From positions 4,114 to 68,113 of the forward strand of contig JAGGVJ010000040.1 in assembly GCA_021158055.1 (NCBI GenBank): a stretch of DNA of 64,000 nucleotides, read 5' to 3'. Both the position numbers and the translations under genes were made by a program. This stretch comes from Candidatus Iainarchaeum sp. GTDB lineage: Archaea; Iainarchaeota; Iainarchaeia; JAGGVJ01. The notes beneath the pieces were generated by a model. That model saw only the letters and a list, made by a program, of their open reading frames with translations, was not told the origin of the DNA and did no database searches. This document shows, piece by piece, positions 1-14,408 of this stretch (position 1 is its first letter; each line of letters opens with the position of its first letter).

Positions 1-1534
1 CGGGAATTTCCCCTTCAATCAACAATTCCATCACTTCTTCGGTAATGGGTTCGACGTAAAAATAAAATTTGTTGTGCCTGTTCGGGGATTTTCCCTCGAT
101 TTCTTTGCTTTTTGCAGTCACTGATTCACGGTATACTACAATCGGCGGCGAGGTGGTAATTTCAAGCCCATGGTCACGTTGTATGATGTGTTCTATTCTT
201 TCAAGGTGAAGTTCACCCATTCCCGCAACAAGGTGCTCGCCTGTTTCCTGATCAAGCTCTACTTTTATTGTGGTGTCCTGTTTTTGTATTCCGCGCAAAA
301 CTTCAATGAGTTTCGGAAGGTCTTTTGTGTTTTTTGCTTCAATTGCTTTCGTGATAACCGGTTCTGAAAAGTGCTTCATTTCTTCAAACGGTTTAATTTC
401 AACTTCGCAAATTGTTTCACCTGCAGTTGCTGCCCTTAACCCGACTAAAGCAACAATGTTTCCTGCCGGCACATCTTCCACATTTATCCTGTCAGGACCC
501 ATATATACTGCGACCTGCTGTATTTTTGCGTCAACATTGCCTGTTATGAGTTTTACTTCAAGGCCTTTGCCGATCTTTCCGCTGAAAATCCTCCCTGTTG
601 CAATTTCCCCTGCGTGCGGGTCAATGATAACTTTTGTAATCATCATGACCATTTTTCCGTTCGGGTCGCATGAAATCATGCTTTTTCCCATTTCTGATTC
701 AAGGTCTCCTTTCCAGATTTTCGGAATCCTGTATTTTTGTGCTTCAATGGGATTCGGGAATTTGTCAAGAGCCATCTCTAATACGACCCTGTAAAGCGGG
801 ATTTTCTTGGCAAGCTCGTCTTGCTTTTCTTGTTTGCACCCGTCATAAATGTCTTTGAATGACATTCCTGTTTTTTTCATCATGGGAAGAGATATTGCCC
901 AGTTGTTATATGCGCTTCCGAAAGCGACTGTCCCGTCTTCAACCCTTACCTGCCATTCTTTTTTGAACTCGTCCGGTGCCATTGCATCTATGAGGCTGTT
1001 TACTTTTGCAATGATTTTTACAAACTGTTCCTGCATTTTTTCAGGGGTAACCTGCAACTCGTTTATGAGCCTGTCCACTTTGTTGATGAAAAGAACCGGT
1101 TTTACTCTTTCGCGAAGTGCCTGTCTTAGAACTGTTTCGGTTTGAGGCATTATCCCTTCAACCGCGCATACTACAACAAGCGCGCCGTCCACTGCCCTCA
1201 TTGATCTTGTAACATCCCCTCCAAAGTCAACGTGCCCGGGGGTGTCAATTAAGTTGATGAGGTATTGGTCTTCTTTGTTTTCTTCCCTTCCGTAGACCAT
1301 GGAAATGTTTGCTGCATTGATGGTAATTCCACGCTCTTGTTCTTCCTGATCGAAATCAAGGAACAGTTGTTTTCCTGCAAGTTCAGTGGAAATCATTCCG
1401 ACTCCCGCAATCAAGTTATCTGAAAGGGTGGTCTTCCCGTGGTCGATGTGCGCCACTATTCCCATGTTTCTGATCTTTTCCTGATTGTTCATCAGCTCCT
1501 TTACTTTTTCAACCATCTGCTCGCGTCTTCCCAT
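1..1534 (-). CDS. fusA: Translation elongation factor 2 (aEF-2), partial; C-terminus beyond window edge
   Basis: The minus-strand frame is open from position 2 to the ATG at 1532-1534. The N-terminus [49 protein letters not shown] carries the G1 motif, followed by [13 protein letters not shown] (G3) and NKVDRLI (G4). Its position after S7 fits the archaeal S12-S7-EF2 order. Confidence 0.9.
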   Translation of the reverse strand, partial: MGRREQMVEKVKELMNNQEKIRNMGIVAHIDHGKTTLSDNLIAGVGMISTELAGKQLFLDFDQEEQERGITINAANISMVYGREENKEDQYLINLIDTPGHVDFGGDVTRSMRAVDGALVVVCAVEGIMPQTETVLRQALRERVKPVLFINKVDRLINELQVTPEKMQEQFVKIIAKVNSLIDAMAPDEFKKEWQVRVEDGTVAFGSAYNNWAISLPMMKKTGMSFKDIYDGCKQEKQDELAKKIPLYRVVLEMALDKFPNPIEAQKYRIPKIWKGDLESEMGKSMISCDPNGKMVMMITKVIIDPHAGEIATGRIFSGKIGKGLEVKLITGNVDAKIQQVAVYMGPDRINVEDVPAGNIVALVGLRAATAGETICEVEIKPFEEMKHFSEPVITKAIEAKNTKDLPKLIEVLRGIQKQDTTIKVELDQETGEHLVAGMGELHLERIEHIIQRDHGLEITTSPPIVVYRESVTAKSKEIEGKSPNRHNKFYFYVEPITEEVMELLIEGEIP

Positions 1535-1653
1535 CCAATACACCTGTTTTTCCAGTTATTTTCGCGTTTTTTCAAATTCCTTCAAACTTTTCAATCTCAA
1601 AACTGCCTTTTCAAAAAATGTTTTCATGCGGTTGTCCTGCTGTTTTCAGGCAG

Positions 1654-2640
1654 TTATCTTGCGGACCTTGCCATTCTTTCAAGAGCATTTTTTCTTGAAA
1701 TCGAAAATGATTGCGGGTCGTTTTTGGAAACCCTTATTATTTCGTTTGCCAATGCTTCCGAGGCGGTTGTCTTGCTTTTGAATGATTCTGAAAATCCTGC
1801 CAAAGCAATGTTTTTTATTGCCTCGTCAACTCTTCGGAGCGGCGCAACATCAACGCTTTGCTGCCGGCTTATCCCTCCGAATCTTACCACAGTTATGTCT
1901 TCCCTCGGTCCTGCGTTTTCGATTGCGTCAACGTAAACCTGTATCGGGTTGATTTTTGTTTTTGCGTAAATCATGTCAAAGGCACTTTCCACAATAAGTA
2001 TTGCTTTGAGTTTTTTGCCTGTGTTGTTTCTTCCGCGGATATATTTTCCTTTCAGTTTCCTTTTTCCCTGTCCGCTTCTCATGACTTTGTTGACAAGCCT
2101 TTCGACAATGTTGAGTTTTGCTTTCCGAAATTGCTTGTCGCCTGTGTACCTGCCGTGAGTGTGCGGGATAACAACGCTGTCAAGACCGACGTAATTTTGA
2201 AGGCTTACATCGTGAACATGCACTTCTGAAAAATCGTATTTGTGAAAGAGCCTTGAAGTAAATGCAAATTCAGCTGTTTTTTCGCTCGGTTGCACGTCGT
2301 CATGTGACTCAACTGGTTTTTTTGAAGGTTCTTTTGAAACCTCTGACTTGTCTTTGGTTTCGCCTGCTTTTTTTTCCGCGGCTTTACTGGCATCGGGCTT
2401 GTTTTTACCAGCTTCTTTCGCTGGTGCTTTGCCGGCGGATTGTTTTACTGTTGATTCGCTGGCTTTTGTCTTGGCTTCCAATTCCTGTTTCACTTCCGGC
2501 TTCTCCTTTACTTCCGGCTTTGAATCTTCCGCCATGCTTTCCCCGGCTTCCGGCTTCTCCTTTACTTCCGGCTTTGGCTTTTCTTCTTTTGTTTCTTTTG
2601 TTTTTTTCTCAGCCTTGTCTTCTTTTAACTGTTCAGCCAT
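1654..2640 (-). CDS. rps7: 30S ribosomal protein S7 (uS7) with ~125-aa K/E/P-rich N-terminal extension
   Basis: 328-aa ORF. The C-terminal ~200 aa (FHKYDFSEVHVHDVSLQNYVGL...VRFGGISRQQSVDVAPLRRVDEAIKNIALAGF...) are uS7-like. The N-terminal part is low-complexity KPEVKEK/KAEKK repeats. The start lies 5 bp from the S12 stop. Confidence 0.85.
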   Translation of the reverse strand: MAEQLKEDKAEKKTKETKEEKPKPEVKEKPEAGESMAEDSKPEVKEKPEVKQELEAKTKASESTVKQSAGKAPAKEAGKNKPDASKAAEKKAGETKDKSEVSKEPSKKPVESHDDVQPSEKTAEFAFTSRLFHKYDFSEVHVHDVSLQNYVGLDSVVIPHTHGRYTGDKQFRKAKLNIVERLVNKVMRSGQGKRKLKGKYIRGRNNTGKKLKAILIVESAFDMIYAKTKINPIQVYVDAIENAGPREDITVVRFGGISRQQSVDVAPLRRVDEAIKNIALAGFSESFKSKTTASEALANEIIRVSKNDPQSFSISRKNALERMARSAR

Positions 2641-2644
2641 AATT

Positions 2645-3070
2645 TCACCTTCTTGCCTTCTGCTTCTTACCCTTGAGCACTGCGTCCAAAGACACGTCGT
2701 TTACTTTACAGACACTCCATTTGACTGTCGGGATGTCTCCTTTCGGACCCCCTTGTGCGCCACCGATTCCTTCGAGCGTGACTTCGTCGTGTTCGTCAAT
2801 CTGCTGGATTGCCTTGTCTTTCGGCGCAAAAGCAGTTACTTGAATTCCATTTTTTATAAGCTGCACCCTGACGCACTTTCGAAGAGCGGAGTTCGGTTGT
2901 TTTGCTTCAACAACTGTTTTTTCAATAACTATTCCCCGCGCTTGCGGTGCTCCACGGAATGGATCTTTCTTTTCCTTAATCCTCAACGCCCTGTTTTTAT
3001 ATTTCGGGGACTTCCATTTCCATTTTTTCCTGTTCAGTTTAAGTTTTTTTGCTGCAAACTCACCCGGCAT
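2645..3070 (-). CDS. rps12: 30S ribosomal protein S12 (uS12)
   Basis: 141 aa. Conserved uS12 region [27 protein letters not shown]. Sits immediately upstream of S7 in the operon. Confidence 0.9.
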   Translation of the reverse strand: MPGEFAAKKLKLNRKKWKWKSPKYKNRALRIKEKKDPFRGAPQARGIVIEKTVVEAKQPNSALRKCVRVQLIKNGIQVTAFAPKDKAIQQIDEHDEVTLEGIGGAQGGPKGDIPTVKWSVCKVNDVSLDAVLKGKKQKARR

Positions 3071-3153
3071 TATTATTCACCTGTTAAATTTTTTATTCAA
3101 CCACTGTTGTTTTTTAATATTTATTTTTTTAATGTTTTTTTGATTTTATTATT

Positions 3154-3621
3154 TCATTGCATTATCCAATTATCATGACTTGGTGCTCTCATTTGTTGCA
3201 ACCTTATATCGCTTATATTGTGGTGTCTTAAAAGCAGTTCTTTTGCTTTTTTTATCCTGCTCCCGTTTTTTCCAATTGCTTGCGCCCTTTCTGTTGATTT
3301 AAGGAACACATTGGCTACTTTTTCACCGCTTGATTCTTTTACGCTGATTTTAGCCAATTCAGCCGGAGCCAAAAGGTTTTTTATCATTTCCTCTGCGTTT
3401 GGCGAGTATTCAAAAATCAAAACGTTTGGGTTGTTTAATTTTTCCCTGACTCTTCTTATCTTAACGCCACCCTTCCCTATTACATTGCCTGCTTCGCCTT
3501 TGTTTACCACAAAAACAAGCGCGTCGTCAAACCTAACACAGTCCTTTGGAAAAATACCTGTTATGTCCCTGAAAAGAGAAATCAGCTTGATTGAATCATT
3601 TTCAAGCTTCAATATTTTCAC
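3154..3621 (-). CDS. nusA: Archaeal transcription termination/antitermination factor NusA (two KH domains)
   Basis: 155 aa with two KH GxxG motifs (NVIGKGGVKIRRVREKL and AQAIGKNGSRIKKAKEL). Lies between L30e and S12, as in archaeal rpo operons. Confidence 0.85.
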   Translation of the reverse strand: MKILKLENDSIKLISLFRDITGIFPKDCVRFDDALVFVVNKGEAGNVIGKGGVKIRRVREKLNNPNVLIFEYSPNAEEMIKNLLAPAELAKISVKESSGEKVANVFLKSTERAQAIGKNGSRIKKAKELLLRHHNISDIRLQQMRAPSHDNWIMQ

Positions 3622-3940
3622 CTAAAAGATCAAGGACCTGTGAATTTCCTTCACTTATGACGTTCAAAACAGCTACAGAAAACGGTTTCCCGCAAGCAGA
3701 ACCTAATTCAACACCTGTGCCGTTAAAAACGTAAACAGAAATGTCACTTAATTTAGAATAATGCTCGATTCTTTCTTTTATATCTTTCGGGCAGTTTGAG
3801 GCAACTATGACCATTTTCAAAGACCCTGTTTTTATTTCCTGCACTGTTTTTTTTGAACCGAAAACAACTTTTCCGGTGTCAACTGCTCTTCTGATGGCTT
3901 TTTTTTCATCAATGACTTTTGTTTCAGCCATGTTAATCAC
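3602..3940 (-). CDS. rpl30e: 50S ribosomal protein L30e
   Basis: 112 aa. L30e/L7Ae-fold signature KMVIVASNCPKDIKERIEHYSKLSDISVYVFNGTGVELGSACGKPF. Lies downstream of rpoA''. The true start may be the internal M (MAETKV). Confidence 0.85.
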   Translation of the reverse strand: MINMAETKVIDEKKAIRRAVDTGKVVFGSKKTVQEIKTGSLKMVIVASNCPKDIKERIEHYSKLSDISVYVFNGTGVELGSACGKPFSVAVLNVISEGNSQVLDLLGENIEA

Positions 3941-3974
3941 TCCAAAATACTTTTTATGCTGTTGATTTCATTTA

Positions 3975-7989
<4,015 letters not shown>

Positions 7990-7993
<4 letters not shown>

Positions 7994-9801
7994 GCCTTGT
8001 CCACAAGGTCAAGCCTTGAAAGAATTCCCATTGACTTCATTTCATCAAGCAACAGCTTGAATGCATAGCTCATTTCAACAAGGTGAACGTCTGAGCCACC
8101 GCACATCGGGCACACGTTTTTGCGCCTGATTGTGTCGTTAACCGCTATTATCCCGCATTTTTCACACACAAGTTCTGTTGTCTTATCAGATTCTTCAACA
8201 ATCCTCTCCTGCAAAAGCATCGCTGCCCCGTGTCCGACAAGACAGTCTTTTTCCATTTCCCCAAACCGGATTCCTCCTTCGCGGATTTTTCCTTCGGTCG
8301 GCTGCCTTGTAAGAAGCTGGACCGGTCCTCTTGAACGAACCTGAAGCTTTTGTGAAACAAAGTGATGAAGCCTCCGGTAATAAACGACGCCGATAAAGAT
8401 TTCCGCTTCAATCACTTTTCCGGTAATCCCGTCATACATTCTTTCCTTTCCGTCGCTTCTAAACCCGAGTTCATGAAGCTCTTGCCTGAGCGCGTCTTCC
8501 GTCTCCCCTTCAAACGGCGTGCCGTCAACAAACCTCCCGTTGAGAGCACCAACTTTTCCGCCGAGAGTTTCTATCAGATGCGCCACAGTCATACGGGAAG
8601 GTATCCCGTGCGGGTTAAGTAAAAGGTCAGGAATTATGCCGCTTGTGGTGAAAGGCATGTCTTCCTGCGGGATTATTGCACCGACCACTCCTTTTTGACC
8701 GTGTATCGAAGCAAACTTGTCTCCGACTTCAGGTGTTTTTTCACTCCTGACTTTTATTTTAACAAGCCTGTTTCCTGTTTCAGATTCAGTCAATATGATG
8801 TTATTGACATAACCGCCTTCACCTATTTTCACAGAATCCGAGTTTTCCCTTCTTTTTTCCTCAACTACCCCGAATTCGGAAATTTCTTCAAGGAACCTTG
8901 GAGGCGATGTTTTTGCCGCAATGAGATCTCCGCCTTCAACTTTTGTTTCCGGGAGGATTATCCCGTCTTCGCCAAGGTTTTTGTAGGCTTCTTCTCCCCT
9001 GAACCCGCTTATGTCTTCGCCGGGAATTTCAAACCTGTCTTTCTGGCCTCCCGGGTACCTGAGCTCTTCAGTCTGGTAAGTCCTGTAAAAAGTGGTTCTT
9101 CCAAGCCCCCTGTCAACCGCTGCCTTGTTTAAAACTACCGCGTCTTTTATGTTGTAGCCATAATACGTTGCAATTGCAACAACAAAATTTGTTCCGACAG
9201 GTCTTTTTGACTGATTTACTTTCTTCATGACCTGGGTCTGGACCATTGAATCTTCAGGGTAGTGCAGGATGTAACTTCGGGTATCGTTTCTAAGCAGATA
9301 GTTTGGCGCGTAAAGCGAAACTGCCTGCTTGCCCATTTTTACTCCGAATGTGTCCCTGTTTGCCATGTTGTGCTGCGCGTAAGGGATCATTGTTGCGGTG
9401 ATTCCAAAAATTGAAAGCGGAGTCACTTCAAGGTGAGTGTGTTTTTCAGTGAGGTATTCTTCTTTGACCGCAATCAAGGCGTTTTCCTCTTCTTCGGCGT
9501 CAAGGTATTCTATTTTTCCAAGCGCAATCAGTTCGTCCCATAAAAGTTCCTTTTTTTCAATTTTTTCAAGGTCTTCCTCGGTTATAAGCGACCTGCCCTC
9601 CTCAACAATGATTACCGGACGCATTAATCTTCCTTCGTCAGTGTTTATGTACACTTCAAAACTGTCTTGCGATATTGCAATCGACACGTGGCTTGATATC
9701 TTTCCGTTTCTTCGGTCTTTTCTTAGTTCACGGACCAGATCCGCTGAATCGTCGTGGAAACCCACAAGCTTGCCGTTTACATAAATGCTTGCTTCTTTCA
9801 T
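7990..9801 (-). CDS. rpoB1: DNA-directed RNA polymerase subunit B' (Rpo2C, C-terminal half of split B)
   Basis: 603 aa. Conserved HGQKGVVGAIIPQEDMPFTTSGIIPDLLLNPHGIPSRMTVAHLIE and a C-terminal zinc motif CEKCG...CPMCG. Follows B'' with a 4-bp overlap. Confidence 0.95.
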
Positions 9802-11291
9802 TCTTCCTCACCCTGCCGCAAGTCAAATTTTACATTTTTTTCCATTAGAATTTTTTCCACATTTTCTGAATTTTCCTCTGTAGAAATTTCCACAGTCAGA
9901 CCAAGGCTTTTTACAAGACCGCAGTTCGGCCCTTCAGGCGTCTCCACGCAGCAGATTCTTCCCCAGTAAGTTGCGTGAAGGTCTCTTGCCTCGTAGTTGG
10001 GGCGGTTTTTTGAAAGCGGTGATGTAACACGCCTTAAATGTGATATTGTCGCAAAATTGTTTGAGCGCTCAAGAATTTGCGAAACCCCGTTTCGCTTGTT
10101 TGTCCACTGCCCTGTGCTCATTGCAATCCTGATTCGCTCTGTCAGCGCGTCGGGACGCACAAGGGTTTTTATGTTCTTGAGTTGTCTGCTTCTTGCAGAC
10201 GCTCTTTCAACCTGAAACTTGACGTCTTTTTTGAACGTGTTGAAAGCTGTTCTGAAAAGGTCATCCATGAGTTCCCCTGCCATCTTAAGCCTCTTATTTG
10301 CATAGTGGTCCTTGTCATCTTCTTTTCTTTTGCCGCAGTCAAGGTCTATTGCTTTTTCTATCATGCGGACAATGAAAAACGCTTTTTTTATCCTGTCTGA
10401 TTTTTCACCGCCGATGTGGGGGAGCAAGTACTTGTCAATTAAATCCTGTGCCCTTTGCATCCTGTAATCCTGCGGCTGCCCCGGTGCCGCCCATTTTCCG
10501 ATGTGGTCGATTGCCTCATCAACTGTCTGGGGGATAACCCCCTCAAGATTCAAGAGCACGTCGTTGACGTAAACTTTGTCGTTTTTGAACGCGTTGAGAA
10601 TATCCTGGTCGGATTCTATTCCAAGCGCTCTTATGAGTACAAACGGATTGAGGTTTTTGGGGCTGAGCGGGAAAGAAATCCTGAATGTTCCTGTTTTCCT
10701 TTTTTCAATGTAAATTTTTGTGCGGTAACCCTGCCTGACAGAAATCGCTTTTGCAGTGATTACTCCGCTTGCCTGCCTGTCGACCATTACCCTGTTCGGG
10801 GCGAGTTCTTCCTGCATGACAAGAACTTTTTCGTTTCCGTTGATAATAAAATATCCGCCTGAATCGTCCGGGTCTTCTTTTGCATCTATGATTTCTTCGC
10901 GTGTTTTTCCGTGGAGGTGGCACAAATTTGATTTGATCATGACCGGGAGTTCTCCGATGTATACTTTTACCGGTTCAATTTCTTCTCCTTCCTGAACAGG
11001 GGTCATTTCAAGAAATACGGGTGCGGTATATGACCTGCTCCTTATCCTTGCCTCCATGGGAGTTATGTCTCTTTTTGAACCGTCTGCTTCAAAAGTCCTT
11101 GGTTTTTCCAGGCTGATCCTGCCCATTTTAACCACGTAGTTGTCAATGTTCGGTTCAATCAGGTTTGACTCGTCAACAACTCTTTGCAGTTTTTTGCTGA
11201 TGAACTGGTTGTATGAATCCAGATGAAACTGGACAATTTCTCTTGCGTCAAAAAATGACTCAAGCAATGGTTTAGTGTTCATTAACCCCAC
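9798..11291 (-). CDS. rpoB2: DNA-directed RNA polymerase subunit B'' (Rpo2N, N-terminal half of split B)
   Basis: 497 aa, homologous to the N-terminal region of Rpb2/RpoB. It sits between rpoH and rpoB', the canonical position in archaea with a split B subunit. Confidence 0.9.
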   Translation of the reverse strand: MGLMNTKPLLESFFDAREIVQFHLDSYNQFISKKLQRVVDESNLIEPNIDNYVVKMGRISLEKPRTFEADGSKRDITPMEARIRSRSYTAPVFLEMTPVQEGEEIEPVKVYIGELPVMIKSNLCHLHGKTREEIIDAKEDPDDSGGYFIINGNEKVLVMQEELAPNRVMVDRQASGVITAKAISVRQGYRTKIYIEKRKTGTFRISFPLSPKNLNPFVLIRALGIESDQDILNAFKNDKVYVNDVLLNLEGVIPQTVDEAIDHIGKWAAPGQPQDYRMQRAQDLIDKYLLPHIGGEKSDRIKKAFFIVRMIEKAIDLDCGKRKEDDKDHYANKRLKMAGELMDDLFRTAFNTFKKDVKFQVERASARSRQLKNIKTLVRPDALTERIRIAMSTGQWTNKRNGVSQILERSNNFATISHLRRVTSPLSKNRPNYEARDLHATYWGRICCVETPEGPNCGLVKSLGLTVEISTEENSENVEKILMEKNVKFDLRQGEEE

Positions 11292-11309
11292 CCTCTAGTG
11301 TAATTTATC

Positions 11310-11549
11310 TTATCTGGCAACTCGCCTATAATAAACAGACTCGCCGGCTGTAATGCTTTTGCGAGTTATCCTGAGAACCTGTCCTTCTTCAGTATCCAAT
11401 GCCACAACTACCGGGTCATTGAGTTTTATCAACGGAAACTGTTCTTTTTTTATCCCGAATTCTTTCAAAAGAGATTCGACTTCTTCTTCACTTAAAATTT
11501 CGTGTTTCGGTACTAAAACATGGTTTAAAAGGTCTTCTGCAGTTTCCAC
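11310..11549 (-). CDS. rpoH: DNA-directed RNA polymerase subunit H (Rpo5)
   Basis: 79 aa (METAEDLLNHVLVPKHEILSEEEVESLLKEFGIKKEQFPLIKLNDPVVVAL...), typical RpoH size and sequence. First gene of the operon. Apparent GTG start preceded by a GGAGGA RBS. Confidence 0.85.
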   Translation of the reverse strand: METAEDLLNHVLVPKHEILSEEEVESLLKEFGIKKEQFPLIKLNDPVVVALDTEEGQVLRITRKSITAGESVYYRRVAR

Positions 11550-11826
11550 GGAATTTCCTCCAAAAAAAGACTAACATTGCAAATGCATGTCACAAAACTG
11601 CGCACTGTATACTCCGGCACGCGTTTTTAAAAAAATGGTTCAACAAATTAAGAACGTACTAACAATACATTTATTATAATATTTATTCATTTCGGTAAAT
11701 GACTAAACCATCTCTACAAACACTCGGATAATACACCGGAAAACTTTTTTGAACAAGTTTACAGTTTTTAGCCTGCATTTTCACATCTGTCTGCCTTTAT
11801 GCTGTATTGCAACTCTTTCTGGTTGC

Positions 11827-11910
11827 CTTGTAATTCTTTTAGTTTGTCTTGTAATTCTTTTAGTTTGTCTTGTAATTCTTTTAGTTTGTCTTGTAATTCT
11901 TTTGGATTGC
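11827..11910. repeat. 21-bp direct tandem repeat (cttgtaattcttttagtttgt) x ~4, upstream of rpoH operon
   Basis: Seen directly in the sequence. An ORF translating to LVILLVC repeats (11749..11943) is an artefact of this repeat. Confidence 0.9.
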
Positions 11911-11948
11911 CTTGAACAAATTGCCATTTCGGAACTTTGCTAAAATAC

Positions 11949-12063
11949 TGGCGCCCCGGTCGGGATTTGAACCCGAGTCACAAGCTTACTGCCTGTAATT
12001 GAGCCGACAGGCGTATGCAACCAAAATGGTTTTTGCATCCTGGGCCACTAGACTACCGGGGCA
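11949..12063 (-). tRNA. tRNA gene with intron(s); isotype unresolved
   Basis: On the minus strand there is a perfect 7-bp acceptor (GCCCCGG/CCGGGGC), discriminator G, encoded CCA, a D-arm (GTCT-AGTGGCCCA-GGAT) and a T-arm (TCGGG-TTCAAAT-CCCGA). About 59 nt lie between D- and T-arms, so 30-40 nt of intron. I could not fold a canonical anticodon arm by eye. Confidence 0.5.
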
Positions 12064-12356
12064 TTTAAAACAACAAAATTTCAATATCAAAAAACCTTAA
12101 AAAACTAATTGCAAGCTCAAATTAAAAGTTGAACATTCCAGTTATCCTAAAATTAATTTGTTCAAATCTAATTCGTTCAAATCAAATGTTATTAAATTGT
12201 TAAAAAAATTTAATTACATTTACTACCCTTAATTCAATGTCGTTAAATTTATTTAAACCTATTCTTGAAAAATTCACCCGCAAGTTAATTCGAGCTCTTT
12301 ACCCGCAAGTTAGTTTGATTAACTTAATTACTCTTGTTTAGATGATGTTTGAATAA

Positions 12357-12800
12357 TCACTTTCTTTTGTTTAAAAATTCTTTTATGTCAACAACAACTT
12401 TTTTTACCCTTAAAACCATATCAAGCACGTTTTTTTTGTTTTTTTCAAAGTCCCTGCAAAGCTTTTCTTTCTCTTCTTTTGGAAAAGCTGTTTTTTTGCC
12501 TGAAAGCACTTGCGCGTTTATGATGACTTTTGCCTGGGCAAAATTAAAGCAAAACTCGTCAAGATTTATTTTTTGAGTGTCGCAGTCAAAGTTGAGTTCA
12601 AAAAGATACTTGTTTATTTCAAGTGAAACGTGCGAACCCATCTCTTCATGATAACCTTCAACAATCTCCGTTGCACTTGCAAGAAGTTCTTTCAACTCAT
12701 TTCCTGCGTTGTGGCCAAAGCCAAACTCTTCAAAAACTGCTTTTTCAACCTTTTCACTTATGTTCAGTTTATCGCTCATGAAACCCTTCTCCCAAAACAC
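12357..12800 (-). CDS. Hypothetical protein (147 aa)
   Basis: Intact ORF between two tRNA genes. No recognisable motifs. Confidence 0.4.
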   Translation of the reverse strand: MFWEKGFMSDKLNISEKVEKAVFEEFGFGHNAGNELKELLASATEIVEGYHEEMGSHVSLEINKYLFELNFDCDTQKINLDEFCFNFAQAKVIINAQVLSGKKTAFPKEEKEKLCRDFEKNKKNVLDMVLRVKKVVVDIKEFLNKRK

Positions 12801-12837
12801 AGTTTATCAAAACAAAACATTGCATATCAAAAAACAT

Positions 12838-12940
12838 GGTAGCCCCGGAGAGATTCGAACTCCCGCCACCAGCTCCAAAGGCTGGCATACTTTTGTGGGT
12901 CAATGCAGATGCATTTGGCTGGCCACTATACTACGGGGCT
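12838..12940 (-). tRNA. tRNA-Gln (UUG) with ~29-nt intron at a non-canonical position in the D-loop region
   Basis: Acceptor AGCCCCG/CGGGGCT, A73, encoded CCA. Anticodon arm CCAGC-CUUUGGA-GCUGG. T-arm GGGAG-TTCGAAT-CTCTC. The extra sequence (CCAGCCAAATGCATCTGCATTGACCCACAAA, with hairpin AATGCA/TGCATT) interrupts the D-loop between AGTGGCC and GTAT-G26. Confidence 0.7.
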
Positions 12941-13088
12941 TTAAAAATTGTGTCCTTATATCTGAAATCTCTTATATATTATACAATTAAAGTAATTAAT
13001 AACATATCTATTACAACAACCCAAATTAACCAAACCAACCACCCCCAAACCAGGCCAACGCAAAATCAACACACTTAAAATATCTCAA

Positions 13089-14408
13089 ATGAATATATCT
13101 AACATGGTCAATCAACCCGAAGTCAACCTGCCTGAAAAAGAGCAGCTTAAAGAACTTGTGAAAAAATACGGTTCGCCTCTTTTTGTTGTAAGCGAAGCAA
13201 AAATCATTTCCCAGTATTCAAAATTAAAGCGCGAGTTTTGCGCCCTTTACCCGAACACAAAAATCGCGTACGCTTACAAGGCAAATTACCTTCCTGCAAT
13301 ATGCGACCTGATAAACCGCGAAGGCGGCCTGGCCGAAGTCATCTGCGGGTTTGAATACCAGATAGCAAAAATAGTGGGGGTCAAGGGAAGCGACACTGTC
13401 ATAAACGGACCATACAAACCAACAGAAGAACTGGAAGACGCCATAGAGTGCAACTGCATGATTAACGTTGACAATTTTGACGAGCTGAAACGAATCAACG
13501 AAATCGGCCTCAAAAAAAACAAGCAAGTCAACATCGGGATAAGAATCAACACAAAAATCTGGCACCTTCTCTGGAACCAGTTCGGGTTCAACATCGAATC
13601 AGGCGAAGCGTTTAAAGTCGCCGAAACCATTCAGGATGACTTTTCAAACCTGAACTTAACAGGAATACACATTCACATCGGCACAAGTTTAACAGACGCC
13701 GGACTATATGAAAAATCTGTTCTGGCAGTTATTTCCTTTATAAAAAAACTTGAAGGCGAACTGAAAATTGAAATAGAATACATTGATTTGGGCGGGGGGT
13801 TCTCTTCAAAGGGAACCTGCCCCGCAGACAAATCCCTTGAAGAATGGAGCGTTCCAAAAACAGAAGACTATGCAAAAAAAATATGCGGCCCGTTAAACAA
13901 ATTTCCCGGGGATAAAAAACCGTTGTTGATACTTGAACCCGGGCAGTACATGGTTGACGAAGCAGTGGTCCTGATTTCATCAGTTGTCGCGGTAAAAAAC
14001 ATTTTCGGGATCAGGTCACTGTTCTTGGATGCGGGAATAAACATTTTGCCTTCTGCGCTTTACAGAAAACACCTGGTAAAACCGTTAACAGCAAGCCAAA
14101 GCAGCGAAGAGCAAGAAAAAGAAATCACTGACATTTACGGCCCTCTTTGCATGAGCATCGACCTGCTGGAAACAGGAGTGATGCTGCCAAAACTGCAGGC
14201 GGGGGACTTGCTGGTGATTCACAACGCCGGGGCTTACGAGATGTCAAGGTCGACCCAGTTCACAAGACCACGGCCGGCAGTCGTCAGTGTGGACAAAAAC
14301 GGAAAAATACGGCTGGTTAAAAAACGAGAGACCATAAAAGAAATCCTTGCATTGGACAATCTGAAACCAAATGACCCGGGGAAAAATACTTTTTGTGATG
14401 AACAATGA
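13089..14408 (+). CDS. PLP-dependent decarboxylase, Orn/DAP/Arg decarboxylase family (fold III; LysA-like)
   Basis: 439 aa. N-terminal PLFVVSEAKI...YAYKANYLPAICDLINREG (Lys in the AYKAN PLP site) and C-terminal EPGQYMVDEAVVL...GAYEMS, typical of diaminopimelate/ornithine decarboxylases. Confidence 0.75.
   Translation: MNISNMVNQPEVNLPEKEQLKELVKKYGSPLFVVSEAKIISQYSKLKREFCALYPNTKIAYAYKANYLPAICDLINREGGLAEVICGFEYQIAKIVGVKGSDTVINGPYKPTEELEDAIECNCMINVDNFDELKRINEIGLKKNKQVNIGIRINTKIWHLLWNQFGFNIESGEAFKVAETIQDDFSNLNLTGIHIHIGTSLTDAGLYEKSVLAVISFIKKLEGELKIEIEYIDLGGGFSSKGTCPADKSLEEWSVPKTEDYAKKICGPLNKFPGDKKPLLILEPGQYMVDEAVVLISSVVAVKNIFGIRSLFLDAGINILPSALYRKHLVKPLTASQSSEEQEKEITDIYGPLCMSIDLLETGVMLPKLQAGDLLVIHNAGAYEMSRSTQFTRPRPAVVSVDKNGKIRLVKKRETIKEILALDNLKPNDPGKNTFCDEQ

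Noticed and set aside
170-2229. Plus-strand ORFs (65-174 aa) across the EF-2/S7 region
   Set aside because: They are antisense to strongly conserved minus-strand genes (EF-2, S7). They have low-complexity or biased composition typical of shadow ORFs.
11749-11943. 64-aa ORF encoding LVILLVCLVILL repeats
   Set aside because: It is a direct translation of the 21-bp tandem DNA repeat, in an intergenic position, with no start context.
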